A stretch of 64,000 bases of DNA, from the IMG/VR virus record IMGVR_UViG_3300017971_000004, positions 64,001 to 128,000 of that record; one strand, given 5' to 3'. Position numbers and translations under genes: made by a program. The DNA is from a virus (lineage: Duplodnaviria; Heunggongvirae; Uroviricota; Caudoviricetes). How positions within the stretch are numbered: the stretch's first letter is position 1; each line of letters begins with the position of its first letter. The notes beneath the pieces are model-generated. The model made no database searches and was not told the DNA's origin. It worked only from the letters and a program-made list of their open reading frames with translations. Shown here piece after piece: positions 32,305-42,624 of this stretch.

Positions 32305-34737
32305 CTACTTCTTCTTCGCCTTCTGCTGCGCGTCGGGATTGCCGGGACGCCCACGGTTCGGACCGTAGGGATTGAGAACGAAACCATCGTTGAGCAGGTG
32401 CGGGAACCAATGGTCCTTCGAGCAGGTGTGGAGTCGGCGCAGGATATAGTTCTGCTCGACATGCGCATACTCACGAGGGAACGAGTCGAGCCCCTGCTCC
32501 TCCGCCTCGACCATGTCCCCCAGCACCACGTCGTAGCCCGGAGGTGTGAACCGCTGAAGCTCGATGTCTTCCACCGCGCCGGGCTTGGCGTCTCCCTCGT
32601 TCTGCGCGTTCTTCATCTTGCCCTCCCTGCCGAAAGCATGTTCTTCGGCCAGTTCGGCCAGGAAGTCCCAGTCGACATAGTACTCCGGGCCGCTGACGGC
32701 CCCGAAGGCTGCCTGGAGCGCTTCCGGCAAGTCGATGTCCTGAGTGCTCTGGACAAGGTCCATCATCTCCGAATGCTTCTTCTGGTCCAAGAGGATGTCA
32801 TCGAAGAGTTCCCGAGTCGTGTCCCCGACATCGAGCAGTTCCTCCCATCCTTCGGCCTGGGCCTTCTTGGCCTTCATCAAGTACTTCCCAATGATCTTCG
32901 CCACCCGCTTGGCCGCGACCTCCTCGACTCCGAACCCGACATAGGCGACGAGGTCCTCGGTGAGCCCGTACCAGTCGATCTGGTTGGGATCAACTCCAAT
33001 GCTCTGCGTCAACGGCAGCACGGCATCGTAGATGACGCTGACCTGATCCTCGACATAAGGCTCCTGCATCGCGAACTTGACCATCTCCATGATCTGCGGC
33101 TGCCGGGTGATCTGGACATAGAGGTCACCGGTCGGATCGCCGCTGCTCTGGTACTGAGGAGTGCTCTGGCCTGGGTACGAGGGCGCGACCACCGTGGGAT
33201 CGGTGGCGATGCCCGGGTCTCCCATTGCGGACGGGATGGCCGGAGAAGTAGCCTGCGCCGCTTTGGCCGTGACTTCGGGCTCAGGAGCAACTTCCTCTTC
33301 GGGCGTCTCGCCGGGAGCAACGACCCCCTCCTCGACCGGAGCACCAGCACTGAGCAGCGCGTTCGCGATGTGGGTCCAGTCGACTTCACCAACTTCCGAG
33401 ACATCTTCCTGCGGAATCGCAGTCTGGAAGGTGGGCTCCGATTCGAGCTGCCGCGCGAAGGTCTGAACGTTGAGGCTCTGGCTGGCGAGCCGGCTGGCGA
33501 TGTTCCAGTACGCAGGATCGCTCACAATGGCGTTGTAGACCTGCTGGGTAGCAGAGTTGATGAAGCCGCCCCAGTAGCCCTCCTGGCCCGTCTCCAGATG
33601 CACAGATGGAGACGTTCCGGTCGGTAGTTCATCACCGAACGGGTCGCTGAAAAACTGCTGGACCTGCTCCCACCATTGCGCGTCGTGCCGGCTCGAATCC
33701 TTGCCGGAATGCTCCTTCTGCTCCTTCTCGCGCTTCTGCTTGTCCGCATTGTCCTGCTGACGATCCCGATCCTTCTTCCGCGACTTCTCTCCTGGCGTCT
33801 CGCGCTTGTAGTCGGAGTCGAGGTCCCGGGGATCGTGGTTCTCCTGTTCGAGCAACGTATCCTTGTTCTCCTTCATCGGAGAACCGGGAACGTTCCAGTC
33901 GCGCTCGTTGAAGTCCTGAGCCTGCCGATGAGCTTCCGAACGAGGAGGACGCCCTTCGTAGCGTGCCTCCCACTCCTCGTAGCTCTCACCCGGCTCACGC
34001 TGACGTTCCCATTCCCGGATCCGCTCACGCTCCCCTTCCGACAGGCCTTTCTCCAACCATTCCTTCGCTTCCTCAGGGGACTCGAACGCCCGCTTCGCCA
34101 AGGACCTCGTAAGAAGGTTCTGGCCGGAGAACTCGCGCGGTTGCCAGCCCCGGCTGTTGCGCTGCTCGACGGCAATGTCCAGCTCGTCCCCCCTCAGAGG
34201 GGGCGAGTACTCGCCGCGCAAAGGCTCCAGGTAGAAAGAGGTGTTGCGGTTCACGATGGAGTCCACCGTGTTCTGCCCGAGCACGTACATCCGGTCCTCG
34301 AAGACGATCGTCGAGGGAGGCACCACGGCCCCATCGTGGATGGTCACCGGCAGAAGAGCCTGCCGCGTCACGCCGGTCACGGTGCAGATGCGCAGGTTGA
34401 ACAGCACCTCGGCGTCGATGATCTGGTCTTCATCGTGACGAGCGTGCCGGACGTTCTTGACGTTGTTGTAAGAGACCTTCGGCGGCAACGGCCAGTGGAG
34501 CACGTCGAGCGCGGCTTGGGCGGCGATGGCGGCTTCCTGGATGAAGGCGTTCAAGCTGCGATCACCGGGCTTCAACCCGACTTGCTTGACCTTCGAAAAG
34601 ATGTCCAGCAAGTCGATGTCGGTCGCAGTCCGATGTTTCATCGCCGCACGCATTTTGGCGACCCTCTCATCCCAGCTCTGGAAGAGCGGATGTGCGGAGA
34701 CGTGGGACTTCTTCTTGAGTTCAGTGAACGTCGGCAT
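32305..34737 (-). CDS. large hypothetical protein (810 aa), possible virion or ejected protein
   Basis: long uninterrupted ORF with protein-like composition; no recognised catalytic motif. Confidence 0.55.
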   Translation of the reverse strand: MPTFTELKKKSHVSAHPLFQSWDERVAKMRAAMKHRTATDIDLLDIFSKVKQVGLKPGDRSLNAFIQEAAIAAQAALDVLHWPLPPKVSYNNVKNVRHARHDEDQIIDAEVLFNLRICTVTGVTRQALLPVTIHDGAVVPPSTIVFEDRMYVLGQNTVDSIVNRNTSFYLEPLRGEYSPPLRGDELDIAVEQRNSRGWQPREFSGQNLLTRSLAKRAFESPEEAKEWLEKGLSEGERERIREWERQREPGESYEEWEARYEGRPPRSEAHRQAQDFNERDWNVPGSPMKENKDTLLEQENHDPRDLDSDYKRETPGEKSRKKDRDRQQDNADKQKREKEQKEHSGKDSSRHDAQWWEQVQQFFSDPFGDELPTGTSPSVHLETGQEGYWGGFINSATQQVYNAIVSDPAYWNIASRLASQSLNVQTFARQLESEPTFQTAIPQEDVSEVGEVDWTHIANALLSAGAPVEEGVVAPGETPEEEVAPEPEVTAKAAQATSPAIPSAMGDPGIATDPTVVAPSYPGQSTPQYQSSGDPTGDLYVQITRQPQIMEMVKFAMQEPYVEDQVSVIYDAVLPLTQSIGVDPNQIDWYGLTEDLVAYVGFGVEEVAAKRVAKIIGKYLMKAKKAQAEGWEELLDVGDTTRELFDDILLDQKKHSEMMDLVQSTQDIDLPEALQAAFGAVSGPEYYVDWDFLAELAEEHAFGREGKMKNAQNEGDAKPGAVEDIELQRFTPPGYDVVLGDMVEAEEQGLDSFPREYAHVEQNYILRRLHTCSKDHWFPHLLNDGFVLNPYGPNRGRPGNPDAQQKAKKK

Positions 34738-35101
34738 GACTGTTCCTCTTCGCGCTCTGGCCTATCTGGATGCGACCGCCGCTGATCTGTACGGCGTTTT
34801 CGCGGCGTTCTCGATCTTCCTTCCGACGCTTGTCGCGATTGGGCTGCTCGGACGTGAGTTCGGTGGCCAGCAGCCGGTCGACGGCGATGATCATGGAAGG
34901 CCGCACGATGATCTCCTCATAAGTATGATCGGGTCGAGGCTCCCAGAAATCGATACGGTCTTCGTCCTTCTCTCGGGCGAGGATGTCGGTCCACAGGTCG
35001 CCGATGTCCTTGTGCTCCGACAACACCTTGAGGACGCAGCCTCTACAAAAGAGACGGTAGAGGTACAGGATGTCCGGCGGATCCTTTGGTTTCCCCTTCA
35101 T
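34721..35101 (-). CDS. hypothetical protein (start at internal MKGKPKDPPD)
   Basis: trimmed from ORF 34721..35275. Confidence 0.35.
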   Translation of the reverse strand: MKGKPKDPPDILYLYRLFCRGCVLKVLSEHKDIGDLWTDILAREKDEDRIDFWEPRPDHTYEEIIVRPSMIIAVDRLLATELTSEQPNRDKRRKEDRERRENAVQISGGRIQIGQSAKRNSHADVH

Positions 35102-35664
35102 TCTCCCTCCACCAGCTGTCGGAGCAGACTTCCCGAAGCACGTTCGGTATGCCAGTCCCGGATGTCCCGTTCGGAAAAAGCAAATAGCGCGAGACGCTCC
35201 CCTACTCGAACATTGTTCTTCTCGCAGAAGCCCCCGTTGACCTCTATAACGCCGTCGACGTGGGCACACCCCCACTGGTCACGGCTACCGACCTTGGTCA
35301 TCTCCTCAATCCGCACGATTTCGCTGTCGCGCAGAAAGAGGATGTCGAGCGGGAACGCCACGGAGCCTTGGTGGAAGGTGACATCGGAGTAGCCTGGATA
35401 TGGGAAGTAGAGTCCATTCCTGGACGGCAACGATTCGTAGGATTGAAGGCCAACCTGCTTCTTCTCCTCGGTGTCCGCGACGTCGCAGCGCACCCAGAGA
35501 TCATCGCTCATCCAAACGGCGTTGACCCGGACGACGGGGATCGGTCGCATCTTGCTGGTGAGCCGCACCAATCCGTGGTCGAACATGTGGATATGAGGTT
35601 GCTCACCTTTGATGAGCAGCCCGTAATCCTCTTCGTACTCACGGGAATGCAGCTTTACCAGCAC
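35098..35664 (-). CDS. hypothetical protein
   Basis: 188 aa ORF. Confidence 0.5.
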   Translation of the reverse strand: MLVKLHSREYEEDYGLLIKGEQPHIHMFDHGLVRLTSKMRPIPVVRVNAVWMSDDLWVRCDVADTEEKKQVGLQSYESLPSRNGLYFPYPGYSDVTFHQGSVAFPLDILFLRDSEIVRIEEMTKVGSRDQWGCAHVDGVIEVNGGFCEKNNVRVGERLALFAFSERDIRDWHTERASGSLLRQLVEGE

Positions 35665-35666
35665 AG

Positions 35667-36119
35667 CTACTTCTTCTTTTTCTTCGACTTGGTCTTCTTC
35701 TTGGGCTCTTCCTTCTTCGGCTCTTCCGGAGGATCCGGCTCCTTGGGAGGCTGCGCCGGCTCAGCAGGAACCTCTTTCTCGGGCTCTTCCTTCTTCGGCT
35801 CTTCCGGAGGATCCGGCTCCTTGGGAGGCTGCGCCGGCTGCGAAACCTTTCTCGGCGACAGCAGTACCAGGCGCGGAGGAGACCCGTGAAGGATCTTGTT
35901 CAACTCCGGCTGCGCCTTCAGCTCGTTGACGGACAGGCCTGTCAACGACACAAGCTCCCGCGACTGCTGCGGCGGGATGAGCACGTTGATCGAGGACTCC
36001 TTGAGCATCTTGCGGCGCTTGTGCTTCGGAGTTCCCTCAGGAATCGTGTAGGACTTGTACACCGTGCAGGAGACGGGTCCCCTGGAGATGTTGTGTACCT
36101 CGTAGGTTTCTTCGGGCAT
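35667..36119 (-). CDS. Pro/Lys-rich protein with internal 15-aa duplication and poly-Lys tail
   Basis: PAQPPKEPDPPEEPKKEEP twice; 45-bp DNA direct repeat at about 35700-35850. Confidence 0.45.
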   Translation of the reverse strand: MPEETYEVHNISRGPVSCTVYKSYTIPEGTPKHKRRKMLKESSINVLIPPQQSRELVSLTGLSVNELKAQPELNKILHGSPPRLVLLSPRKVSQPAQPPKEPDPPEEPKKEEPEKEVPAEPAQPPKEPDPPEEPKKEEPKKKTKSKKKKK

Positions 36120-36129
36120 GTCTTGCCTC

Positions 36130-39100
36130 CTATTCGAACAGGCTCGTCAGCCCCCTCTGGGACCCCAACCCGTACAGCTTCTTGGCGTCCTGGACGGTCA
36201 TGCCCAGCTCGGTGAGCAGCTTCCTGGCGAGAAAGCTCGCCTTCAGCGACGGCACCTGCTCCGGGGTGGTCGCCGAGACTTCCATCTCCTGAACATCGCT
36301 CAGCAGCTGGAGAGCCCTCTCCTCTTCGGATGAACCGTCACCCGCATCGAACTCCGGGAGGGTTGCTTCCGCGCCGGCAGGAGGAGTGGGAGGAGCTGCA
36401 CCCGGCGCTCCAGCATCCGGCGTAGGGGGAGCAGGCGTCATGGGAGCAGCGGGTTCCGGAGCGGCTTGCGAAAGAAGCTTGCGCCGGTTGACCTTGCGCA
36501 GGATCAGCTTGGCCAGCCGTTGCCGGGCTGCCGGCGTCATCGGCTTGGGAACGCCTCCCGGAGCAGGGGCTGCCGGCGTCGGAGGAGTCGGAGCCTTGGG
36601 CTCGGGTACCCCCGGCTTCTCGCCCGGCGTCAACGGCTTCTTCTTGGTTCCCGGCTTGTTCAGCTGGATCTGGAGGATCTTCTTCTTGTCCTCCTCATCC
36701 AGCAGAGCGATATCCTCGGCAGTCCAGCCGAGCGCCTGGAGACCGGAATCGCCGCTTCCGGGAGGAAGAGCTTCGGGCTTCGCGGGACCAGCCGGTGCCG
36801 GAGGAGCCGCAGGAGCGCCTCCAGCCGGCGGAGCACCAGGCGCGGGTGTCGGAGCCGGGGTAGTCGGTTCGGCGAGCGGAGCGCCGGCCTGGGCCTCCCT
36901 GCGGGCGCGCAGATACGCGGCTTTCCTCTTCTGGTAACCCGGATCGTTCAGGTCGGCCTTCTTCTTGTCTTTCTTCTTTCCTTTATCTTTGGTGTCCGGC
37001 TTGGGCTTTCCCGTGTCTCCCTCGGTGAGCTGCTTGCCGTAGTCGCCCATGTAGCCTTCCCAGTACTGCTCGGCTTCCGGATCGACGGCTTCCTTTTCGG
37101 CCCGCTCGGACTTGCGGTCGCACGCGGCCTCGTGATCTTCGTCGGGCATCGAGGAACGGCCCCGGTTCTCGGCTCGGGGACAGCCTTTGCCCCCCTCCAC
37201 CTCGGCCTCCTGGGCATGCCGCCGACCCTCCCGCCACTCGGGATACTCGTCAAGGAAGTCCTCGTAGTCCTTCTCCAGCTCGGCCCACGCCTTCGCGCCT
37301 TCTTCCGAGGTGTCGAAGTAATCGGTATAGACGAATCCGTTGGTGTCCTCATGCAGGATGGCGGCAGCGAAGCTCCACTCGTCGCCATCTTGGTGGACCG
37401 TTACGGGCTCACCGAGATCCAAGAAGGTGTAGACGCCGAAGCCCTCGTCCCCAAGGTCTTCTCCCCAGCCGTCCAGCATTCCGGCATAGAGAAACTCCTG
37501 AACGTTGTCATCGAACTTGCCCGGCCCGAACCGTTCGTAGTTGATGTCGGTGACGTTCCCGATGCTCTCCATCCCGGATTCGTAAGTGGTCTCGGGCTTG
37601 TCGCCCGCGAACTCACCTGCACCGATCTCTTCATCGTCTGGAGGCGTCAGCGCCCGACGCCGGCCCTCCCGCGACGGTTCGGACGAATCCAGAGACTTCT
37701 CGATCCCCGGTTCGGGCTGGACGTCGTCATCAAAAGGGGATTGCTCGTCCTCCCACCTAGACGCCTGAACGGGAGCGACCTGCTCCGCCGACTGCTCGTC
37801 GACGACACCCTGTTCCTCAACGGGAGCGCCTTCCGGCTGCGCCGGCTTGAACTTGGACCAGTCGACCTCCTCGCCGCCCAACGCCATCGTGAGGGCGTGC
37901 AGCTCCTCGGCGGATTCAGCGCCGATCTCACGCCCGTAACTCCCGTCGCCACTCCAGTTCTCCTTGAGCTTGGGGCCTGCGGTGCGCCGCGACTTCTTCT
38001 CCTTCTTCTTGGTCTCCTCGGAACCTCCGGGGGTATAGCCCTTGTCCTTCATCCACCAGCTCAGCGCCCACGGGTTGTCGATGCCGGGCTCGTCCTTCAT
38101 CTCCTTGACGGTTTTCTCCCAGCCCTTCGGAGCCACCGCTTCCTTGTCCTCTTCAGCGGTGACCTCGGACTGTTGACCGATCCGCCGAGCAGCCTTGGCC
38201 GCGCCACCCAGAGCTTCCTCGGCCAGGTAGGCCGACTGGAAATCCAGAGTATCTCCGCGCAGATAGGCATTGATGATCTCGGACGCGGCCAGCTCGTCGT
38301 AACCCTGGTCGACAAGATACGCGATGGCCTCGGAGGTAGTATCCTCCCCGAGCGCCCATTGCGCGAACTTGACCACGCGGCCCTGATGCCGCCGGTAAGC
38401 TACCTTCCAGGCCTCCTCGTCGAACGCCTGCTCGGCCTCTTCCGCATGATCGAATGCCTCGCCGTAGTCCCCCGACTCCATCGCCTGCTCGGCCATCCGG
38501 AGATGCTCGAACATCGCGTCGTTGCCGCTCTCGTCGGCGGCGCGCTTCAGGTCTTGGATGTAGTCGTAGAGGTGCTCGGGATTCAGGTCTCCCCGATCGT
38601 AATCGAAAGGCTCCTCTTCCTCGAACATCTGCGCGCGGCGCTGGTTCTTCTCGGCCTGGTCAGTAGGCAGGAAGATGTTGTTCGCGGCCCACTTCTGAGG
38701 ATCCATGATGTCCCGCAGGAGATCCTCGCTGGGACGCGCTCGGCGCAGGTCCTGGTAGATGGCCGTGGGATCGGGAGTGGCGTCCTCGAACGAGTCGCGG
38801 ATGCCCATCTTGCCTTTCCCTTCGGTCTCCTCGCGCAGCTCCTTCTTCTCGCCCTTGGACTGAGAGATCACCTCCTCCGGGTCGGACGGGTTCTCGCCTT
38901 TGTTGAGCTTCTTGCCGGGCTCCTCGACGGGACGAACCTTGAAGGGATCCTCTTCGGCCTTCCGCCGTGCCGCGACACCAGGAGCCGCTTGAGGAGCCTC
39001 CTCGCCCATCTGGGCCTTCCCGACACCCAGCTGCCCGGGACCGCGCTTGGGCTTCTGAGGCTCATGCAGCCCTTCCTTGCTGGCGACCGCCGACATGTCT

Positions 39101-39966
39101 TCCTCGGACCACGCGCTGAACGCACCGCTCAAGGCGTCCCACACCGCATCCTCATCGGAGTCCACCGGCAGCCGTTGAAGCTCCGAGATGGCGATGAACG
39201 GATCGACAACCATGTCGTTGCGAGCATCGAAGAGATGGACGGTCCCGTCCGGATTGTCTTCGACAGAGATGCTGGTCTGGAAGTTCTCCATCAGCTGCTG
39301 GAGGCGCTCTCCGAGACCACTCATCTGCCGACCACCCGGCATCTGCTGGAGCGTCTCGATCACGTCTTCCTGCGTCTGGCCCCGACGACGACCGAACCGG
39401 TTCCGACCGTCTTCCTCGATGCGGACCTTCTTGTCGTGCCAGTTGGTCGGAGCGCCGGAGGTATCGGAACCGAGGCTCGTGTCGGGGAGACCACCCTCTT
39501 CGATGTTCGGGCGTGGACGCTTGTTGATCGCCGGGTCGAAGCTCTTGAGACCCTTGTTCGTCGAGTCCGGACCGAGGGATGTATCCGGTTTCGAGGTGCC
39601 CTTCTGGTCGGTCCCCTTGGGACGCTGGTTGATCTCCGGATCGAACTTCCCTTTCGGCTCCTTGCTGTCGGAGTCGGGGCCGAGGAGCGACTGAGCATCG
39701 CCGGGAAGCTTGACCTGATCACCTTGGGTCTCGTTGACCTTGGGAATCGGCATGTCGGCCTTCTTGCAGAAGTCGGCCACCACCCGATCGAGATGCCCGA
39801 TGTGGGTCATGTACCCGTCGTGGTCGCCAGGGGGCCAGAGTTCGACCATGTCGTTGTTGTTGATCCGGATCATCCAGCCGCTCGAAGCTTCCACGATCCT
39901 GCCCCGAAGAACGGCGTCCTTCACCTGACGGGGGTTGTACCGGGCTTTCCGTGTTGCGTTGCTCAT
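36130..39966 (-). CDS. giant hypothetical protein (1278 aa), candidate internal virion/ejected protein with Ala/Pro-rich linkers
   Basis: single long ORF; low-complexity AP-rich C-terminal third. Confidence 0.6.
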   Translation of the reverse strand: MSNATRKARYNPRQVKDAVLRGRIVEASSGWMIRINNNDMVELWPPGDHDGYMTHIGHLDRVVADFCKKADMPIPKVNETQGDQVKLPGDAQSLLGPDSDSKEPKGKFDPEINQRPKGTDQKGTSKPDTSLGPDSTNKGLKSFDPAINKRPRPNIEEGGLPDTSLGSDTSGAPTNWHDKKVRIEEDGRNRFGRRRGQTQEDVIETLQQMPGGRQMSGLGERLQQLMENFQTSISVEDNPDGTVHLFDARNDMVVDPFIAISELQRLPVDSDEDAVWDALSGAFSAWSEEDMSAVASKEGLHEPQKPKRGPGQLGVGKAQMGEEAPQAAPGVAARRKAEEDPFKVRPVEEPGKKLNKGENPSDPEEVISQSKGEKKELREETEGKGKMGIRDSFEDATPDPTAIYQDLRRARPSEDLLRDIMDPQKWAANNIFLPTDQAEKNQRRAQMFEEEEPFDYDRGDLNPEHLYDYIQDLKRAADESGNDAMFEHLRMAEQAMESGDYGEAFDHAEEAEQAFDEEAWKVAYRRHQGRVVKFAQWALGEDTTSEAIAYLVDQGYDELAASEIINAYLRGDTLDFQSAYLAEEALGGAAKAARRIGQQSEVTAEEDKEAVAPKGWEKTVKEMKDEPGIDNPWALSWWMKDKGYTPGGSEETKKKEKKSRRTAGPKLKENWSGDGSYGREIGAESAEELHALTMALGGEEVDWSKFKPAQPEGAPVEEQGVVDEQSAEQVAPVQASRWEDEQSPFDDDVQPEPGIEKSLDSSEPSREGRRRALTPPDDEEIGAGEFAGDKPETTYESGMESIGNVTDINYERFGPGKFDDNVQEFLYAGMLDGWGEDLGDEGFGVYTFLDLGEPVTVHQDGDEWSFAAAILHEDTNGFVYTDYFDTSEEGAKAWAELEKDYEDFLDEYPEWREGRRHAQEAEVEGGKGCPRAENRGRSSMPDEDHEAACDRKSERAEKEAVDPEAEQYWEGYMGDYGKQLTEGDTGKPKPDTKDKGKKKDKKKADLNDPGYQKRKAAYLRARREAQAGAPLAEPTTPAPTPAPGAPPAGGAPAAPPAPAGPAKPEALPPGSGDSGLQALGWTAEDIALLDEEDKKKILQIQLNKPGTKKKPLTPGEKPGVPEPKAPTPPTPAAPAPGGVPKPMTPAARQRLAKLILRKVNRRKLLSQAAPEPAAPMTPAPPTPDAGAPGAAPPTPPAGAEATLPEFDAGDGSSEEERALQLLSDVQEMEVSATTPEQVPSLKASFLARKLLTELGMTVQDAKKLYGLGSQRGLTSLFE

Positions 39967-39995
39967 TGTATCCCTCGACCTCGTTGTGAAACGAT

Positions 39996-40553
39996 TCAGC
40001 GCCCTGCTTCTTCGTCCAGTTCGGTCACCATCTCCAGAAGATAAGGATCTCCATCGTAGGCCAAGTCCGTTTCCTCTCCCGCGAGAGAGGGCAGCTGCAA
40101 ACCATGATCTTCATGATCATCGTTCCAGCCTACTCCGTGTCCCATGATCTCCATCGCCAGGTAGTGGCCGAACTCTTTCTCATCGAAAAAGTCCTCATCC
40201 TCTCCCGGCGGCACGAAACCTGCCAGATTCACGTTGTTGATCTGCTCGATTTCGTCGTAGAGCTTGTTGGCGAAGGAGTAAGCTTCTCCGGGAGTCTCCG
40301 GTGCGATGTCCATCAACTCCGCGCCCATGAAGCTGGGAGCATCTTCGATGCCTTCGTACCCGAGTTCACGCGCCTTCTCCTCGGCGTACTCCCACTCCGA
40401 GGCCCACGCCGACACGAAGAAGGCACGAGCCATCCCCTCCAGGATAAGAGGATCGGGACCTCCGAGCGCGAGTTCCTGTTGTTGAGCCGTGAGCCCCATC
40501 TTGCCCGCAATGCGGGAGAGGGCACTATCCGGGACTCCAGGTGGCTTTATCAT
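39996..40553 (-). CDS. hypothetical protein
   Basis: 185 aa ORF. Confidence 0.5.
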   Translation of the reverse strand: MIKPPGVPDSALSRIAGKMGLTAQQQELALGGPDPLILEGMARAFFVSAWASEWEYAEEKARELGYEGIEDAPSFMGAELMDIAPETPGEAYSFANKLYDEIEQINNVNLAGFVPPGEDEDFFDEKEFGHYLAMEIMGHGVGWNDDHEDHGLQLPSLAGEETDLAYDGDPYLLEMVTELDEEAGR

Positions 40554-40558
40554 CAGAT

Positions 40559-42229
40559 CTACTCCCGTCCCTTCCAGTCTTTGAAACCAGGGTGCGGATA
40601 TTCCTCGTCACCTTCCATACTCCACATCTGAAGATCCTCGGCCTCTGTCTCCGCAAAATCCATCTGCTCCTCGGTGTAATCCGCGAAGTACTCCTCATCG
40701 GTGTCACCAGGCTGGAGTGTCAAAAAGCCGAGAAGACCTCGAACAGTCTCGTCCGAATCGATAGCATCCATTGGGCTGGCACCGTAGTCATCACCCTCGA
40801 AGAGAATGTTACCTTTGGGGTCTTCAAAGACATATCGAATCTGGTGTTGACCGGTCCGAGCGCGTGTACCAGCGTCCCACATGCGAAGCCGGTAACCATC
40901 GACGTCTACGTCACGGAGAAGATTGTAATCATCCTCCCCTTCCTCGAAAGTCCAGGACCGCCCCAATTGATCTTCAAAGGCCTGTCGATGAGAAGCCCCT
41001 CGAATTCTCGAAGGAACCGCATCTTCCCGAATGAAGTCGGCCAAAGACATCGGATCAATCATGGTGAGACGGCTTTTCAGCTCATCTACCTGATCGGTCC
41101 AGACTTCAGAGGTGTAGTTGTAAGGAGTAAAGCCACCGAGAATCTCGCCACCGTAATGCACGATGTCGACCATGATGTTGACGCCCCATCCCTCCGTACC
41201 TTCATCGATTCCTTCGTAAGGTCCCGAATCAGCCAACTGGAACGAAATATCGATGGAGTCTTCCTCATCGTCGAGATCGCCGTAGTTGATGTTTACCCAG
41301 TAGCCGTGGTTGCCTTCCCCTTCCATGAAGTAGGGATCACTGACCGCCAGCTGCTCACCGCCTATTTCAGAGACTTCGCGTAGATCTTCGACCGTTTCCT
41401 TTGCCGCTTGCTCTAGACGAGGGCCTGCGATAGCCCAAGCTTCTTCATAGGTTTTGAATGTTCCGTCACCTTCTTGCTGACCTCTTCGTTTCGGCGGAGG
41501 GTTCTTCTTGCGAAACTCCTCTGGATCTCCGCCTCCGATGTCGTGCTTCATGCGCTCGACTACCCAGTCAGCGACTTCCTCTCCTTCGTCAAAAGAGAGG
41601 TCCATCTCCTCGTCGTTGAGGACGGCGAGGATATACTGACGCGCCTTGACCTGATGCGGATGCGGACCGGCCAGACCGTATTTGACCATCAGGCGGTCGT
41701 AGTCGGCCTGGGTCTCGATCTGAGAAGCGATGTGATGGAGATCGGTACGAGGGAGGGTGGCATAGCCGCGCTGGCCGATCTCGACGATGACGTCACCGAC
41801 CGCCGATTTCGGGAAATTCCGCGCGTAGTGTTCTCGCAGCTTCAAGTAGGACGACGCCGTGATGCTGCCGGTCCGGTTCTTCCTCCACATCGATTCGAGA
41901 TGCCCGTGGAAAGCCCGCAGACCGGCATCCCGATCGAGATCCTTGCGCGCCCTGACAATCTGGAGCGCATCATAGACGGAGGCGATGGGGAGCTTCGCAT
42001 GAATCTCACCAGCCTCCTCTTCGAGGGCCTCCGCGATGCGCTGCTGGACCTGATGGATGTGGGGAATGTTTAGACGCAGCTCACGCTCGTTCGCACGCTC
42101 GCGGGCCTTGCGCTCCGCAATCGCCCCCTCGTAGTGGGAGGCGAGGCGCTCGATCCTCAGACCGGGGATTTCCTGTCCAGAGAGATCGGCCAAGTCCTGC
42201 ATGACGTGACGTCCATAGCGAGTGTTCAT
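40559..42229 (-). CDS. hypothetical acidic protein (556 aa)
   Basis: long ORF, no recognised motif. Confidence 0.55.
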   Translation of the reverse strand: MNTRYGRHVMQDLADLSGQEIPGLRIERLASHYEGAIAERKARERANERELRLNIPHIHQVQQRIAEALEEEAGEIHAKLPIASVYDALQIVRARKDLDRDAGLRAFHGHLESMWRKNRTGSITASSYLKLREHYARNFPKSAVGDVIVEIGQRGYATLPRTDLHHIASQIETQADYDRLMVKYGLAGPHPHQVKARQYILAVLNDEEMDLSFDEGEEVADWVVERMKHDIGGGDPEEFRKKNPPPKRRGQQEGDGTFKTYEEAWAIAGPRLEQAAKETVEDLREVSEIGGEQLAVSDPYFMEGEGNHGYWVNINYGDLDDEEDSIDISFQLADSGPYEGIDEGTEGWGVNIMVDIVHYGGEILGGFTPYNYTSEVWTDQVDELKSRLTMIDPMSLADFIREDAVPSRIRGASHRQAFEDQLGRSWTFEEGEDDYNLLRDVDVDGYRLRMWDAGTRARTGQHQIRYVFEDPKGNILFEGDDYGASPMDAIDSDETVRGLLGFLTLQPGDTDEEYFADYTEEQMDFAETEAEDLQMWSMEGDEEYPHPGFKDWKGRE

Positions 42230-42313
42230 GATGGGTACCTCACTTCGAGTTCTTCTCGATTTAGAAACTTTATCACAAAGAGGTTGCTCGATTCTAAAGA
42301 CGGCAGGAATTTT

Positions 42314-42622
42314 TTAAGCGTCCGAAAGAGCTGCCACGAGCCGCCGTAAAGAGTAGCGTTCCTTGCATTTCGAGCACTCGGCCTCGACCGGTAAAGTACC
42401 GAAAACAGTACGGATTGGCTCATCACAGCACGGACTCAGGAGGTCGCGGCAATCATCGTCCCCCGGCTCGGGGCAGTCTTCCTCGGCGGATGATTTCTGC
42501 TTGAGTCTGCGAACTCTTCTCAAGAGATGCATCAACTCCCGGATCTTGCCCTGGGAGGAGTCGTCGGAGCTGATGATCTCGTCGAAGCTTTGCTGAAACT
42601 CGGAAGGGGGCGCAGCAGGCAT
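42314..42622 (-). CDS. hypothetical Cys-containing protein
   Basis: 102 aa ORF. Confidence 0.45.
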   Translation of the reverse strand: MPAAPPSEFQQSFDEIISSDDSSQGKIRELMHLLRRVRRLKQKSSAEEDCPEPGDDDCRDLLSPCCDEPIRTVFGTLPVEAECSKCKERYSLRRLVAALSDA

Positions 42623-42624
42623 GC

